Below are positions 20,649 to 32,639 of a stretch of 64,000 nucleotides of DNA, one piece after another. The position numbers and the translations under genes were made by a program. The stretch's first letter is position 1; each line of letters starts with the position of its first letter. The notes beneath the pieces are model-generated. The model ran no database searches. It saw only the letters and a program-made list of their open reading frames with translations, and was not told where the DNA came from. The stretch covers positions 160,001 through 224,000 of the forward strand of contig CAXXHA010000001.1 in assembly GCA_963662265.2 (NCBI GenBank), written 5' to 3'. This DNA is from Spirochaetia bacterium. GTDB lineage: Bacteria; Spirochaetota; Spirochaetia; CADAEX01.

Positions 20649-21752
20649 TTACCCGCAGCAGCAGCGATTCCTCCCCTCCTCCTTGGCCTGGTACAGAAGT
20701 TTATCTGCCCTTTTCAAAAGATCGTCCTCAACATCGCCGCTTTCTGCTTCAGTTACACCGAAACTGGCTGTTAATTTTCTACCAACTGTATTGAAATCCG
20801 TTGTTTCAATCGTATTACGTATCCTTTCCGCAATTTTACATGCTTCATTCAGCTGTGTATCATTTAAAACAATAATAAACTCTTCACCTCCGAATCGTAT
20901 AACAGCATCTGATTCTCTTGATGCATAAAGCAGGACTTCGGCAAATTGTTTTAAAACTTTATCCCCCGTATCATGTCCGTAAGTATCGTTGACAGATTTA
21001 AAATGATCTATATCTGTAAAAATACAGCAGAATGGAGTGGTTTGTTGTATTTTCATGGAAAACCTGTCTTTTAAAATAATTGACAGGTATCTACGGTTAT
21101 ATACTTGGGTCAAACTGTCTATAATTGACTGGTTTTCAAAAATGGATTTATCATGATACAGATTTCGATAATATTTTTCCCTTGAATATGAAAAGTAGAG
21201 AGATAATATATTTATAATCAGCAAGGGGAAAATTGATTGAAAAGATATAATAGAATGAGTATATAAATTATAAACAGAAACAAATAATGCCATCCCGCTG
21301 AAAAAAATTGCAGAAGATATTTTCCAGCTAATCCTCAAAGTAAATGCCACAAGTACCAAGCCGAAAATATATGCTGTGTAATTATGGTCATTCACATATT
21401 TATAATCCTTGATACTAACTGAATCTAGAATGGAAATAATGACCAATGAATAGAAAATATATGCACATGAAAGAATAATCAGCATATTTGAAATGCGGTA
21501 ATATTGTTTTCTATAGAATAAAGGCAGGACTATTCGGGTACCCAGAACTATTACAGCACCTGTCAAGTAAATCAGGAAGTAGTAAACAGCTATGTCATAA
21601 ACAAACAGGAAAAATAAATAATTTCTTACCAGAAAACCAAGAGCAGCGATTCCGAGAATGATTAAGATTCTTTTATATAAAAAAACATTACACTCCAGTT
21701 TATGAAGGAAAAAAGAAGAAGTATCTGGAGATTTATTTTTATTCTCAGCCAT
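20649..21752 (-). CDS. membrane-bound diguanylate cyclase (GGDEF)
   Basis: About 6 TM helices, DSLTQVYNRR, DIDHFKSVND.YGH, RESD I-site and GGEEF. Confidence 0.92.
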   Translation of the reverse strand: MAENKNKSPDTSSFFLHKLECNVFLYKRILIILGIAALGFLVRNYLFFLFVYDIAVYYFLIYLTGAVIVLGTRIVLPLFYRKQYYRISNMLIILSCAYIFYSLVIISILDSVSIKDYKYVNDHNYTAYIFGLVLVAFTLRISWKISSAIFFSGMALFVSVYNLYTHSIISFQSIFPLLIINILSLYFSYSREKYYRNLYHDKSIFENQSIIDSLTQVYNRRYLSIILKDRFSMKIQQTTPFCCIFTDIDHFKSVNDTYGHDTGDKVLKQFAEVLLYASRESDAVIRFGGEEFIIVLNDTQLNEACKIAERIRNTIETTDFNTVGRKLTASFGVTEAESGDVEDDLLKRADKLLYQAKEEGRNRCCCG

Positions 21753-21980
21753 TGTCGCCTTATTCAGTTGATCTATTTAAACCGGATTATACACCATAAT
21801 AAGGATACGATAAAGCAATACAATGAATTTTAGAGCAATGAAAAAATATAGTTTTTTATTATTCTAAATTTTCTCTGATTCATTCAAAATATATCATGAT
21901 TATTTTCCAGCTTAATAACTGCACATAACTCTTAATTTTAAAATCTCATTATTTGCCTGTTAACGTTATATTCTGCAAAT

Positions 21981-22009
21981 TTGACATATGCAATATCAGG
22001 TTGTATATT
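21981..22009 (+). promoter_or_regulatory. sigma70-type promoter of the sucrose cluster
   Basis: TTGACA-N17-TATATT. The ATG follows 13 nt later with no evident RBS (very short leader). Confidence 0.55.
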
Positions 22010-22022
22010 AATATCATACTTT

Positions 22023-22922
22023 ATGATTTTAATATTTGGAGAGATTCTTTATGACATGTTTCCCGGAGGTAAAAGACTGGGGGGCGCACCTTTTAATTTT
22101 GCCTATCACCTTAAAAAACTTGGTTTTGATGTCAGATTTATATCAAGAGTTGCCAGAGATGAAAATGGATTGGAAATTCTTGATTTCCTGTCAAATAATA
22201 ATTTCAATATAGATGATATACAAATCGAGAAAAATAATAAAACCGGAATTGTAAAAATAGTAATGTCGGATAATGGAGAACATTATTTTGATATTATTAA
22301 AAATGTCGCTTATGACAATTTGGAATTTACCGACAGTATCAGAGAATTGATTAACAAATCTCCTGAATTGATTTATTTTGGAACATTACTGCAAAGATCA
22401 GAAAATGGTTTTAAAACAATAGATTCAATACTAAAAACATCGTACAGGAAAACTGAATTATTCTGCGATCTGAATCTGAGACCAGACTGTTATAATAAAG
22501 AAATAATTAAACGATCTTTATTATATTCAAACCTTCTTAAAATTAACAATGATGAACTTCAGGAAATCAATGATTTATTACTGGAAGAAAAGATTCAGGA
22601 TCCGGCTGTTCTTTTAGATAAATATGACATTTCTAATTTAATTATCACCAAAGGTGAAAATGGAAGTTTATGGTTAAATAAACAATACAAACAGCAAAAC
22701 GAGGCGGTAAAAGTAAAGAATATTGCAGATACTGTCGGAGCAGGAGATGCTTTTTCAGCTGTTGCAGCTGCAGGATATTTAAAGAAGCTACCGGAAAAAC
22801 AAATACTTAATTTAAGCTCAGAGTTTGCTTCTTATATTTGTTCTATAAATGGCGCCCTGCCGGAAACAGACGATTTTTATAGATATTTAAAAAGAGAAAT
22901 GGAGAAAAAGAATGAAAAATAA
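22023..22922 (+). CDS. PfkB-family sugar kinase (fructokinase-like)
   Basis: FGEILYD...GGAPFNFA, DLNLR, KINNDEL, DTVGAGDAF motifs. Its stop overlaps the SPS start. Confidence 0.9.
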   Translation: MILIFGEILYDMFPGGKRLGGAPFNFAYHLKKLGFDVRFISRVARDENGLEILDFLSNNNFNIDDIQIEKNNKTGIVKIVMSDNGEHYFDIIKNVAYDNLEFTDSIRELINKSPELIYFGTLLQRSENGFKTIDSILKTSYRKTELFCDLNLRPDCYNKEIIKRSLLYSNLLKINNDELQEINDLLLEEKIQDPAVLLDKYDISNLIITKGENGSLWLNKQYKQQNEAVKVKNIADTVGAGDAFSAVAAAGYLKKLPEKQILNLSSEFASYICSINGALPETDDFYRYLKREMEKKNEK

Positions 22923-25114
22923 AGGTTTATATATTCAAATGTTCAGTATACATGGACTTGTACGCGCGGAAAACATGCAGCTTGGACATGATGCAGATAC
23001 AGGGGGACAGATTAAATATGTTATTGAACTTTGCAATGAACTTTCCAAAAACAAGAATGTAGAACGTGTTGATTTATTCACAAGACTGATTTCCGATAAA
23101 AGAGTTTCAGATGATTACAGTATTAAAGAGGAGATTATCAACGATAAATTCCGTATTAACAGAATACAGTGCGGCGGACGTAAATATTTAAGAAAAGAAC
23201 TGCTGTGGCCTCATCTGGATGAATTTATAGACAAAACAATTAAGTATATAAAAAAAGAAAACAGAGTTCCTGATGTTGTTCATGGACATTATGCAGACGG
23301 AGGATATATAGCCGGAGAAATTTCCAGAATATTTGATATACCTTTTATTTTCACAGGGCATTCACTTGGAAGAGTAAAAAAAGAAAAACTGATCAATGAT
23401 GGATTATCTGAACAGGAAATAAATAAACTTTATAAAATTGACTGGCGAATAGATGTTGAAGAATCTGTTTTAAACAAAGCAGATTTAGTTGTAACAAGCA
23501 CAAATCAGGAAGTAAACGAGCAGTATATATTATACACCAATAATCAGAAAACAGATTATAAAGTTATTCCGCCGGGGATTGATCTGTCGAAATTTTATCC
23601 GTATTATGAAGCTCAATTTACAGAACAGGAAAACAGAGATGAGCAGTATTTTGCTAAATCTGCAATATTAAAAGAGCTTAATCATTTTTTCCAATACCCG
23701 GACAAACCTCTCGTCCTTGCTCTCTGCAGACCTGATAAGAGAAAAAATATCGAAGGTCTTATTAAAGCTTATGGAGAAGACTATGATCTTCAGGCTATAG
23801 CAAATCTTGCAATCTATGCAGGGATAAGAAAAGATATTTCAGATAAAGAAGAAAATGAAAGAGAAGTTCTTACAAAGATGCTTCTCCTCATGGATAAATA
23901 CAATCTGTACGGAAAAATGGCAATACCGAAAAAACATGATTTTGAATTCGAGGTTCCGGAATTATACAGAATTGCAGCAGAAAAGGGAGGCGTGTTTGTT
24001 AATGCAGCCTTAACCGAACCTTTTGGAATCACACTCCTGGAAGCTTCAGCTACAGGCCTTCCGCTGGTCGCAACTAAAGATGGTGGCCCGAACGATATTA
24101 TCGGCAATTGTAAAAGCGGTATTCTAGTAGATCCGTCAGATATTAATGCTATTTCATCAGCAGTTAAAAAAATAATGGTTCATGAAGATCTATGGAACAA
24201 ATTCTCACGAAACGGGGTTCTCAAAACACGGGAATATTATTCCTGGGATAATCATGTGAACAATTACTTAAAACAGTTATATGAAATATCAAAAAAAACA
24301 TTTGAATCCGGAAGTAAAAACTATTAACAGAAAAAAACAGGTTGGGAAACGGCTCACAGACCTGGAATACATGCTTGTAACTGATATTGATAATACCCTT
24401 ATTGGCGGTCCGGAAGGTAATATAAAAAGACTAATGACAATACTTAAGGAAAATGAAAATAAAATAGGTTTTGCAGTCGCGGACAGGAAGGGATCTTGAA
24501 TCAGCTGTTGAGGTTCTTGAAAAAAACAATGTGATCAAACCGGACATCATTATATCATCAGTCGGATCAGAAATCTTTTACGGTCCGGAACATTACTATG
24601 ATAAGGATGGGAAACCCATATTTCAAAACGGTGGAAACCTGAACAGATTATTAATATTTTGAAAACTTTTGATTTTCTTAAATTTCAAAAAGCTGATGCT
24701 CAGAAAAAATTTAAAATCAGCTGTGAAATACAACCAGTCAAGGATTATCTTACTGCTATTCACAACAAGCTTAATTACAATGGATTACGATATAATCTGA
24801 TATACTCTCACAATAAATTCCTCGATATACTTCCTTTCAGGGCATCAAAAGGAAAAGCGTTAAGATATATCAGTTATAAATGGAATATCCCTTTAAGTAA
24901 TTTTATTGTATGCGGTGATTCCGGAAATGATGAAGAAATGCTCAGAGGCGATACTTCGGCAATTGTCGTAGGTAATTACAGCAGTGAACTTGAAAAACTG
25001 AAGAAATCCAGAAATGTTTATTTTTCCAAAAACAGTTTCGCTTCAGGAATCATTGAAGGACTTGTTTATTACAGAAATAAAAAGAAGAGGGTTGATTATG
25101 GCAATACAAAATAA
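22912..25114 (+). CDS. sps: sucrose-phosphate synthase fused to a HAD sucrose-phosphatase domain (3 frameshifts near 24300, 24481, 24605)
   Basis: HGLVR...LGHDADTGGQIKYV, LRKELLWPHL, HGHYAD, FTGHSLG, RPDKRKN, EPFGITLLEA. The C-terminal part has TDIDNTL, ATGR (after frame repair), ASKGKAL and GDSGNDEEM. Confidence 0.9.
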
Positions 25115-26549
25115 AGTACAGATTATAACATATCCAGACAGCCTGGGAGCCAACATTCCTGAAATTACATTATGTGTTAAGAAGATTTTTAAAAAATGCA
25201 ATTGGAGGAGTTCATATTCTTCCTTTTTATCCGTCCTCGTCAGACAGGGGATTTGCCCCAATAACTTATGATGAAGTTGATCCTGTTTTCGGAAAATGGA
25301 GCGATGTTGAAAAAATCGGAAAAGATTTTGATCTTGTTATAGATTTCATGATTAACCATATTTCAAGACAATCTGAGTTTTTTATTGATTATATAGAAAA
25401 AGGTGAAAACAGCGAGTATGCTGATATGTTTTTCAGTTTCAATAAGTTAAGTCCGGATGGATGGATTCCTGACGATGTACTTGAAAAAGTATATACAAGA
25501 AAACCCCGCCCGCCCTACCTTGTTCTGGAGCGCCCCAACGGAGCACTGGAAAAAATCTGGTGTACTTTTGATTATGAGCAGATTGATCTTGATTATAATT
25601 CTGCAAAAACAAAAGAAGTTATGAGAAAGTTTTTGATAAGACTTGCAAGAAACAGGCCTAAAATGATCAGGCTTGATGCTGTCGGGTACACAACCCTGAA
25701 ACTCGGAACAAACTGTTTTTTTGTTGAGCCGGAGATCTGGGAAGTAATTGAATGGTTTGAGGATTATGTTTCTGCCTTTGATACAGAAATCATCCCCGAA
25801 GTGCACGAACACTACAATTACCAGCTTAAGCTTTCAGAGAAAGGGTATTGGGCATATGATTTTGCTCTTCCCATGCTTGTCCTTCATGCACTTTTCTTCA
25901 ACACAAACAAGAACCTTGTCAACTGGTTTAATATATGCCCCAGAAAACAGATAACTACTCTTGATACACATGATGGTATAGGTGTTGTTGATGTTGTGGA
26001 TTTAATGGAAAAAGAAGAAATTGACAATACAATTAATATTTTATATGAGCAGGGATCAAATGTTAAAAAAAAATATTCAGGCCCGGAATACAAGAATCTG
26101 GATATTTATCAGGTTAACTGTACATATTATTCCGCACTGGGAAGTAATGATGACGCATATATTACAGCAAGAACAATTCAGTTCTTCGCCCCCGGCATAC
26201 CTCAGGTCTATTATGTCGGATTACTTGCCGGTGAAAACGATACTGAACTTGCAGAAAAAACACACCAGGGAAGAGACATAAACAGGCACAACTACACACT
26301 TGATGAAATAAGGACAGAAATTGAAAAAACCTGTAGTAAAAAGACTGCTGAAACTGATGGAGTTTAGAAGTAATTATCCTGCTTTTAACGGAGACTTTTC
26401 AGTAGTTGAATCAGATGATGATTCCCTTGTTCTTGACTGGAGCCTTGATGAGTTTTCAGGCTACAGCATATATTGATCTCAAATACTACAAAACAAAGAT
26501 TATTTACAAAGACGAAGAAACCCTGAGAAATATTATTTTTAAGGTGTAG
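25098..26549 (+). CDS. sucrose phosphorylase (GH13_18; frameshifts near 25163, 26327, 26455)
   Basis: MAIQNKVQIITYPDSLG, GGVHILPF, RLDAVGY, PEVH, THDGIG, NLDIYQVNCTYYSAL. The repaired C-terminus is VVKRLLKLMEFRSNYPAF...IIFKV*. Confidence 0.88.
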
Positions 26550-26680
26550 CATCGCAATCTCATGATAGTTCAAAACCTGTACAATTGCCTGCTTGAATGA
26601 TTATTAATTTAATACAAGCAAGCAATGATACAGATAATCAGGCATCCTTTAGAGATTCATTCAATATATTTGCTGTTAAA

Positions 26681-27905
26681 TCAGGCGATCGAACGGTCTT
26701 TGCCGTAATATATTACATTTTTATAATTAACAGGATCTGTATCGCCTTCTGTGCTTATAAACAGAACAACAGAGTCACTGTTCAATCCAAGTGAATTCTT
26801 CAATTCAGACAGTTCACTTTTTCTCATGACAAGATCAATAAGTCCCACGCCGACAGATCCTGATTCTCCTGATACGATTTTTTTATCAAGGCCGACAGGA
26901 TTGGCCAGTATTCTCATTCCATTTGCAGATATGAAATCAGGGCATGATATATATGCAGAAGCAAAATCCCTTAATATTTCCCATGTAACTGTGTTAGGCT
27001 CTCCGCATGCAAGACCTGCCATTGCTGTATTCAGATCCCCTTCCACGCGATGAGGCTTGCCGTCATTGGCAAGAGCTGATTTATATATGCATGCTGCCTC
27101 ATTCGGCTCTACAATAACTGTAATAGGGGGCTCTCCATTGAATCGGTTCACATAATACCCGAGAACTCCACCTGCCATTGCGCCTACCCCGGCCTGCAGA
27201 AAAATATGGGTCGGTTTATCAACACCGGTTTCTTCAAGCTGAGTCTGCATTTCATCAGCCATAGTCATATAGCCCTGGGAAATCCAGTTCGGTATTTTTT
27301 TCATAACCTTCAAACGCTGTGTCCTGTACAAGGATCCATCCGTTCTCTTCACCTTTTTGAGTAGCGAATCTTACAGCATCATCATAGTTCAGATCTGTAA
27401 CATGTGTTTCCGCCCCTGCATTTTTTATAGCATCAACCCTTGACTTTGCAGCCCCCTTCGGTAGAAAGACTACAGATCTGCATCCAAGCTGAGTTGCGGC
27501 CCAGGCTATTCCCCTTCCGTGATTACCATCAGTTGCAGTTACAAATACAACATCCTTTATCTTTTCATTTATTTCCCTTGACTTGAAGTAATCAAAGGAA
27601 ACTTCATCAATATTCTTGCCAAGCCTATCACAGAGAATCCTTGCAATTGAGTAAGTACCTCCAAGACTTTTAAATGCATTAAGGCCGAACCTGTGAGATT
27701 CATCTTTAACATAAATTCCCTTAACACCTATTTCAGCTGCCAGGCTATCAAGTCCCACCAGCGGAGTTTCTTTATATCCTGTCATTGAAGAGTGGAATTT
27801 TCTTACACTTTCAACTTCCTTCATGTTAAAAAGCTCAGGTAAACCATTATTCACAACATTGCTGGCTACTGCTTTAATTCCCAATACTTCGTCAAACACT
27901 TTCAT
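26681..27905 (-). CDS. dpaL: diaminopropionate ammonia-lyase (one frameshift near 27300)
   Basis: VKDESHRFGLNAFKSLGG, TATDGNHGRG, QDTAFEGY then IPNWISQGY.TM, PTHIFLQAGVG, MAGLACGEP, STEGDTDP. Confidence 0.9.
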
Positions 27906-27938
27906 ATGTTTACCTCCCGGTTATTTTTACAATAATCA

Positions 27939-27955
27939 TGCAACTATCATACCAA
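27939..27955 (-). promoter_or_regulatory. sigma54 -24/-12 promoter of dpaL
   Basis: TTGGTATGATAGTTGCA (GG-N10-GC), 33 nt upstream of the ATG. Confidence 0.8.
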
Positions 27956-28093
27956 CTTCAGGGATAAGCCATATTTAACTTACATTTCTATAAATACCCC
28001 TGTTTTTATAATATTTTATTTGTCTAATCAGTATTTATGAGAAATTTTATTCGGTTTTTCATTTAAATTATACGATTGATAAGAGGAATAATA

Positions 28094-28127
28094 TTATCAT
28101 TATGATAATGATATATCATTTTGATAA
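28094..28127. promoter_or_regulatory. tandem palindromes, putative activator (UAS) sites
   Basis: TTATCAT-T-ATGATAA and TATCAT-T-TTGATAA, about 140-170 nt upstream of the sigma54 promoter. Confidence 0.55.
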
Positions 28128-29870
28128 TCAGGAGATGCCGTATTTCTTCATTTTCCTGTAAAGAGTTGCTATTCCAATACCTAGTTTATCAGCAGCAATT
28201 TTCTTTGAATCCATATCTGCCCCGCAGAGATCAAGTGCTTTCTGAATAATTTTTCTCTCCATTTTCTCAAGGTTCAAATCCTCAACTTCAAAATTTATAG
28301 GACTTGAAGTTATTTTTTTTGGGAAGGAGATCAGCTTTTATAATTTCAGGGTGACCGAGCATGATTACAACATATTCTATAGTATTCTGAAGCTCCCTGA
28401 TATTCCCGGGCCAGGAATACTTTTCAAGGCAATCATAAAAATCATTTTCAACTTTTATCACTTTTTTATCAAAAAGATCTGAATACTTCTTGATAAAAAT
28501 AATTTGAAAGTTCTTTTACTATCATCTCCCCTTTCACGGAGAGGGGGAAGAACAAGGGGAATAACATTCAGCCTGTAATACAGATCTTCCCTGAATGTTT
28601 TTTCAGATATCATTTCTTCAAGGTTTTTATTTGTTGCAGCAAATAACCCGTACATCAATCTTTATAGTCCGGTTTGAACCGACCCTGACAATTTCCCGCT
28701 CTTCAAGTGCCCTGAGCAGTTTCACCTGCACATACAGAGGCATGTCGCCAATCTCATCAAGAAACAATGTCCCCTTATTTGCAAGTTCAAATTTACCTAT
28801 TTTACCTCTCGGATCTGCGCCGGTAAATGCCCCTTTGTTGTACCCGAACAGTTCACTTTCTATAAGATTCTCAGGAATGGCTCCGCAATTAATTGCGATA
28901 AAAGGTTCATTGGCACGGTCACTTTCTTCATGAAGAGCTCTTGCAAGAAGCTCTTTACCTGTACCGCTTTCGCCATGAATAAAAACAGTTGAATTTGTCT
29001 TTGCAACCATTTTAACCTTGTTTTTCAGTGCTGTTACCCGGGGAGAATTTCCCTGTGTTCTCTCAAGTCCTATCTTTTCCTTTGATGTAGCCAGAGTCCG
29101 TGCCTGCTCCCGAACCATATCGGCATCTTTAAAAATAAATAATTTATGATATTCACCAATATTGATTTGATATATCTTACCTACAAGATTATGCTTTATG
29201 CTGTTTATTTCAAGAATAACTTCTGCTGAATCAAGTATATAGTTGCCGGTAACTTCTATTTTTATTTTTTGCTCTTTTTTCAATTTTTCCGATATCAAGC
29301 ATTTTTTCTGCAATAATATTGGTTTTTGATATTCTAAAATTCCGGTCATATACAATAACGCCCTGATCAATTTTATTAATTATTTTATTAAGGAGATCAA
29401 TAAAAACAATTCTTTTGTCATTTTCAAAAACTTCAAATGCTTTCGATGCAATAAGTTCGGAAATATTATTTGAGAAATCCACAAATGTATTAAAATTCTC
29501 AGTCAGATGTCTTTTCTGCTCTTCTGTAAAACAGATAAAGCCGATAACCCCTATGACCTGATTTTCAAGTTTTATCGGGTGTACTTATTTCATAAACTTC
29601 ATCACAGTTGTCTTTTTTTGAACACTGGCTGCAGACGCTGTCTTTACCGGGGTTTTCAATTATTCTCATTTCACCGGTTTTCTATTACTTCACGGTAGGC
29701 ACATCCTTCATCAGCCTCTATTCCTGTTGATTTTCTTTTCAAACCTGCCGGTTCCGCATATTCTTTCCAGATTACTGTCAGCAACTTCAACATCCACTTT
29801 AAGAACTTCAGACAATACTGCAGCATATTTACCTACAGTATCCTGCATTTTTTTTAAAAACATGTTCCAT
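28128..29870 (-). CDS. sigma54-dependent activator, YgeV-like (multiple frameshifts)
   Basis: Fragments: [27 protein letters not shown]; [11 protein letters not shown]; [30 protein letters not shown]; [11 protein letters not shown]; WPGNIREL; [21 protein letters not shown]. Confidence 0.85.
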
Positions 29871-30068
29871 TAAGTTACCAGCTCCTCCAAAAAAAAAATA
29901 ATGAATTGTGTACCTGCAGTGCAGCTTTATTATATCTGCATATGCCTTACATCAACAGTACTTTAAATAATACTTCAAATAAGCTGTCAATTGAAGAACA
30001 ACATGAAAATAGTGTTTTCAGATTATGCGTTTTATCAATAATTTACAATGCTTGAGATTCAGCTGAGA

Positions 30069-30869
30069 TCAGTCTTTTGACATGTACCTGTTTTTAAATG
30101 TTATCGGGCTTACTCCGACCTGCTTCTTGAACAGAATACCGAAATACTTGGGATCGTTGTATCCGACTCTTTCAGCTACCTCATAAATTTTTATGCGGTG
30201 ATCTTTTAGAAGCTTGATTGCTTCCCTGATTCTGTAGCTGGTCAGGTATTCAACAAAAGTATATCCCATATAGCTTTTAAACAGCCTGCTTAGATAACTT
30301 TCACTTATCTCAAGCTCAAAAGCTGCATCGCTGATACCTATATTTTCACTGTAGTGATTTTCAATCCATTCCAGTGCCTTTGTTACATATTTCTGCCTGC
30401 TGTCATTATGTGTATCAAAACCCTCTTCCCGGGCAAGGATTTCCTTTCCTTCCTGAATCAGCTGGCTCTGCTCCTGCTGCCTGGCTATACGTTGTTTTTT
30501 TTCTATGTTTAAAATTACCTTTCTCAGTATTCGGTAAAAATCATCATCATCGATAGGCTTGAGCAGGTAGTCCCTGACCCCCAGCTTGATAGCCTGCTGG
30601 GCATAACTGAAATCACTGTATCCCGATATAATTATATACTCGGCATTTGAAACATGCTCCAGTTTTCTTATCATTTCTATACCATCCATTACAGGCATAT
30701 TGACATCAGTAATAACAATGTCAGGCTTCAGTTTTTCAATCAGGTCATACCCTTCCTGCCCGTCACCGGCTTCCCCTATAACTTTGCAGCCGAATTCTTC
30801 CCAGGGAGTTGTAACAACCATCCCTTTCCTGATATAGGATTCATCCTCAACAATTACTATACCGATCAC
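30069..30869 (-). CDS. response regulator, REC + AraC HTH (YesN type)
   Basis: VEDE, DIVITDVNMP, YLLKP, SESYLSRLFK, VGYNDPKYF..LFKK..G motifs. Confidence 0.93.
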   Translation of the reverse strand: MIGIVIVEDESYIRKGMVVTTPWEEFGCKVIGEAGDGQEGYDLIEKLKPDIVITDVNMPVMDGIEMIRKLEHVSNAEYIIISGYSDFSYAQQAIKLGVRDYLLKPIDDDDFYRILRKVILNIEKKQRIARQQEQSQLIQEGKEILAREEGFDTHNDSRQKYVTKALEWIENHYSENIGISDAAFELEISESYLSRLFKSYMGYTFVEYLTSYRIREAIKLLKDHRIKIYEVAERVGYNDPKYFGILFKKQVGVSPITFKNRYMSKD

Positions 30870-32638
30870 AGCAGGTCTCCTTCCATGGTACTCGGCATCC
30901 TGATTACAACCTCTGTACCATGGGTCTTACTGTTAATGCTTACTCCGAAATCTTTACCGAAATACATTTTAATCCGCTTATCAACATTGTAGATTCCGAT
31001 ATGATTTTCAGGCCTTTCAAAGGTAAGCTCCTCGATTTCCTGTTCAGTCATACCTATTCCATTATCGTAAACCCGGAATTCTATGACTCTGCAATTTCCC
31101 TCTTCTTCAGAACAATCACAGTCACGGAACCTGCCTGTAATGGTTATTATTCCGTCGCTTTTATTTGTCTTGCCGAATCCGTGGATAATAGAGTTCTCAA
31201 TAAACGGCTGAAGAATCAGCCTGGGGATCTTACAGTCCATCAACGCAGGATCTATTTCTGTTATAACTTCAAAACTGTTATTATACTTGATTCTCTGAAT
31301 TGCCAGATAGCTGTTTATAAATTCAATATTGCTCCGTATTGTCAGAAATTCATCAACACTGTCTATGGAAAACCTGAGCAGCCGGGCAAGATTGGTTACA
31401 ACACTTATTGTTTCCTCATTTCGTCCCAGTTTTACACTCCATTTTATTACATCCAGTGTATTGTAAATAAAATGAGGTTTAATCTGGGCCTGAAGCATTT
31501 TAATTTCCGTTGTGCGCAGTTGTTTCTGCTTTTCAAGTACCTGGTCCATATATATATTCAGCCGGTCAAGCATCTGGTTGAAATATTTCCCCAGGTCCCC
31601 GATTTCATCCCTGTTCCTGATATCAGCCCGTATCTCAAGAGCACCTTTTTCAACTTCATTCATAACACTGATAAGCTCTTTAATCGGACGGGATATTGAT
31701 CTTGCCTGCAGGACAGCAAGGATAACAGATGCGAACAAACTGAATACACTTCCGACAATTACAATCAGCGTCAGTATCTGCTTGAAAGCATGAAAGATGT
31801 TTGAGGAAACATTGACGATGGTAACAGTGTTAAGCCTGTTGTCCCTGTGTTCAAGGTGAAGAAATGTATTATTTCCAGTCAGCTGTTTTATAGGTTTGTG
31901 AGTTCTGATTTTCTCAAAATCCATATACGATGCCTGCTGAAATTTCCCTTCCATTTCACTGTTGACAGTATCAAACAGGGTATATCCGTTTTCATCAAGT
32001 ATTACCATATGCATTGACAGCCCTGAATTAAACACCCTTGCTTTTTCAAAGACAACCTGTCTAGGCATTTCCACCAGAACATACCCGGTATGAACTCCTG
32101 ATTCATCATATATCCTGTCACCGACAACAATTATTGTCCTCCCTTCCCGGGAAGAGCCCATCTCCTGTGAATAGATGACAGGTCCCTGGGTCAGGTTGTC
32201 AATTTCCCTGAATACTCCCCATTTATCAAGCAATCCCGGTTTATAACTCTCAGGAAAACTGGAGGTGGAGAAAATTCTGCTTCCATCCAGGTTTGTGATA
32301 TGAATAACCGGTTTTATTTCTTCCGCAACCATGACTTCATACATGATTTCATAAATTTCATTGCTGTCAATCTTAAGTCCGCTTTCGGGATTCAGGGATT
32401 CACTTATTTTCCGGCTGTTCTGAATATTGTCAATCATGATCTCATAAGCGGAAATCCTGCTGTTGATCCTTTCATGAAAAGTATTGATGCTAGTTACTGT
32501 CTGTTCGTGAAGAGTTTTATTAAGAAAATTCAGAGAGAAGCCGTACATCAACCCCCCTATTATTATCAGGGGAAGAATACTGCACAGAATAAAGGATATG
32601 AAAAGCCTCTTAAAAACAGAAATCCTGATCCGGTTCAT
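30866..32638 (-). CDS. sensor histidine kinase (YesM type; HAMP + His_kinase)
   Basis: Two TM helices, DEIGDL, LQAQIKPHFIYNTL, LQPFIENSIIHG, DNGIG. Alternative start at 32659. Confidence 0.93.
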   Translation of the reverse strand: MNRIRISVFKRLFISFILCSILPLIIIGGLMYGFSLNFLNKTLHEQTVTSINTFHERINSRISAYEIMIDNIQNSRKISESLNPESGLKIDSNEIYEIMYEVMVAEEIKPVIHITNLDGSRIFSTSSFPESYKPGLLDKWGVFREIDNLTQGPVIYSQEMGSSREGRTIIVVGDRIYDESGVHTGYVLVEMPRQVVFEKARVFNSGLSMHMVILDENGYTLFDTVNSEMEGKFQQASYMDFEKIRTHKPIKQLTGNNTFLHLEHRDNRLNTVTIVNVSSNIFHAFKQILTLIVIVGSVFSLFASVILAVLQARSISRPIKELISVMNEVEKGALEIRADIRNRDEIGDLGKYFNQMLDRLNIYMDQVLEKQKQLRTTEIKMLQAQIKPHFIYNTLDVIKWSVKLGRNEETISVVTNLARLLRFSIDSVDEFLTIRSNIEFINSYLAIQRIKYNNSFEVITEIDPALMDCKIPRLILQPFIENSIIHGFGKTNKSDGIITITGRFRDCDCSEEEGNCRVIEFRVYDNGIGMTEQEIEELTFERPENHIGIYNVDKRIKMYFGKDFGVSINSKTHGTEVVIRMPSTMEGDLL

Positions 32639-32639
32639 G

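Noticed and set aside
30920-31699. 259-aa + strand ORF, also 8299-8913
   Set aside because: These lie fully antisense to a clear histidine kinase and a sigma54 activator, with no recognisable features.
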